The notes beneath the pieces are model-generated. The model saw nothing but the letters and a program-made list of their open reading frames with translations, did not search any database and was not told the origin of the DNA. The position numbers and the translations under genes are program-made. From Squalus acanthias (Eukaryota), in contig CM059431.1 in assembly GCA_030390025.1 (NCBI GenBank), positions 116,686,001 to 116,750,000 on the forward strand: a DNA stretch of 64,000 nucleotides. Reading direction: 5' to 3'. Below, piece after piece: positions 63,001 through 64,000 of the stretch (position 1 is its first letter; every line of letters starts with the position of its first letter).

Positions 63001-63822
63001 AATGGTAATGCCATTGAATGTCAAGGGGGTGGTGGTTAGATTCTCGCTTGTTGGAGATATTCATTGCCTGGCACTTGTATGGCATGAATGTTATCTGCCA
63101 GTTATCAGCCCAAGCCTGAATGTTGTCCAGGTCTAATTACATGTGTGCATAGACTACTTCATTATCTGAGGAGTTCTGAATAACACTGAACACTGTGCAG
63201 TCATCAGCGAACATCCCCATTTCTGACCTTATGTTGGAGGGAAGGTCATTGATGAAGCAGCTGGAGATGGTTGGGCCTAGGACACTGCTCTGAGGAACTC
63301 CTGCAGCAATGTCCTGGGGCTGTGATGATTGAGCTCCAACCACCACAATCATCTTCCTTTGTGCTAGGTATGACTCCAGCCAGTGAAGCGTTTTCCCCCC
63401 AATTCCCATTGACTTCAGTTTTACTAGGGCTCCTTGATGCCACATTCGGTCAAATGCTGCCTTGATGTCAAGGGCAGTCACCCTCACCTCACCACCTTCT
63501 CAAGGGCAATAAAAGTGCTGGCCTTACCAGCGACGCCCACATCCCATGAACAAATACAAAAAAACTATCTATTTTGAAGAAGATCAGGAGAGTTACCCCC
63601 GATGTCCTGGCCAATATTTGTCCCTCAACCACCATCACTAAAACAGATTATCTGGTCATTTTCACATTGCTCTTTGTGGGAGCTTGCTGTGTGCAAATTG
63701 GCTGCCATGTCTCCTACATTACAACAGTGATTACAGTTTCAAAAAATGTACTTCATTGGCTGTAAAGCTTTGGGACATCCAGTGGTCATGAAAGGCGCTA
63801 TATAAGTGCATATCTTTCTTTT
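60024..63822 (+). mobile_element. Deu-domain SINE split into 60024-60213 and about 63569-63822 by the LINE insertion
   Basis: The intact copy reads GATCCCATGGCACTATTTTGAAGAAG. Here GATCCCATGGCAC ends at 60213 and CTATTTTGAAGAAG resumes at about 63569. Confidence 0.85.
60214..63565 (+). mobile_element. tRNA-headed APE-RT LINE: head and APE/RT-N on + (60214-62301), RT-C and tail inverted (62302-~63492), extra tail on + (~63487-63565)
   Basis: KVLLMNIWGL, VILTESYL, TTYRPP, GNFNVHH, SDH, KAMGPD, NYRP and QFGFR on +; LDIKAAFDR, GVPQ.SVLGP and MFADD on -. Confidence 0.9.
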
Positions 63823-64000
63823 AGTGGTTAAATATACATTTTGCAATGATTGTATTCCTATCCTTTAAAATAAAGTCTAAATTCAAAACAATTTCTTCAT
63901 ACCTTTTGGCACTGTAGGATAAATTTTAAATTTTCACCCCTGGCATACTCCCATGAATGGAAAATACTCTGAGGTCCCCTTACCTCCATACTCGAATTAC

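Noticed and set aside
1..64000. CRISPR array or prokaryotic operon
   Set aside because: No regularly spaced direct repeats and no gene-dense organisation; the sequence is vertebrate-type repeat DNA.

Overview
Eukaryotic, repeat-dominated DNA, most likely from a shark or other elasmobranch. That assignment rests on an HE1/V-SINE-like and SacSINE1/DeuSINE-like content recognised from memory, not on a database search. I found no recognisable host protein-coding exon. The window is a nested stack of transposable elements. It holds many CR1 LINEs, including a tandem pair at 1-8121 that looks like a recombinant duplication. It holds five Penelope-like (PLE, GIY-YIG) insertions from two families, one of them a full-length single-frame element at 27302-31455. 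It also holds a two-gene PIF/Harbinger DNA transposon with many related MITEs, and several tRNA-derived SINE families. Three observations stand out. (1) Every PLE pseudo-LTR carries a minimal type-I hammerhead ribozyme motif, with stem covariation visible between copies. (2) An APE-RT LINE at 60.2-63.6 kb has a 5' end that is a tRNA-like Pol III head with a doubled anticodon arm, and it shares both head and 3' tail with short SINEs at 18.6 and 20.4 kb. (3) The 3' half of that LINE is inverted in an unusual way. All alignments were done by eye, so boundaries of old repeats are approximate.
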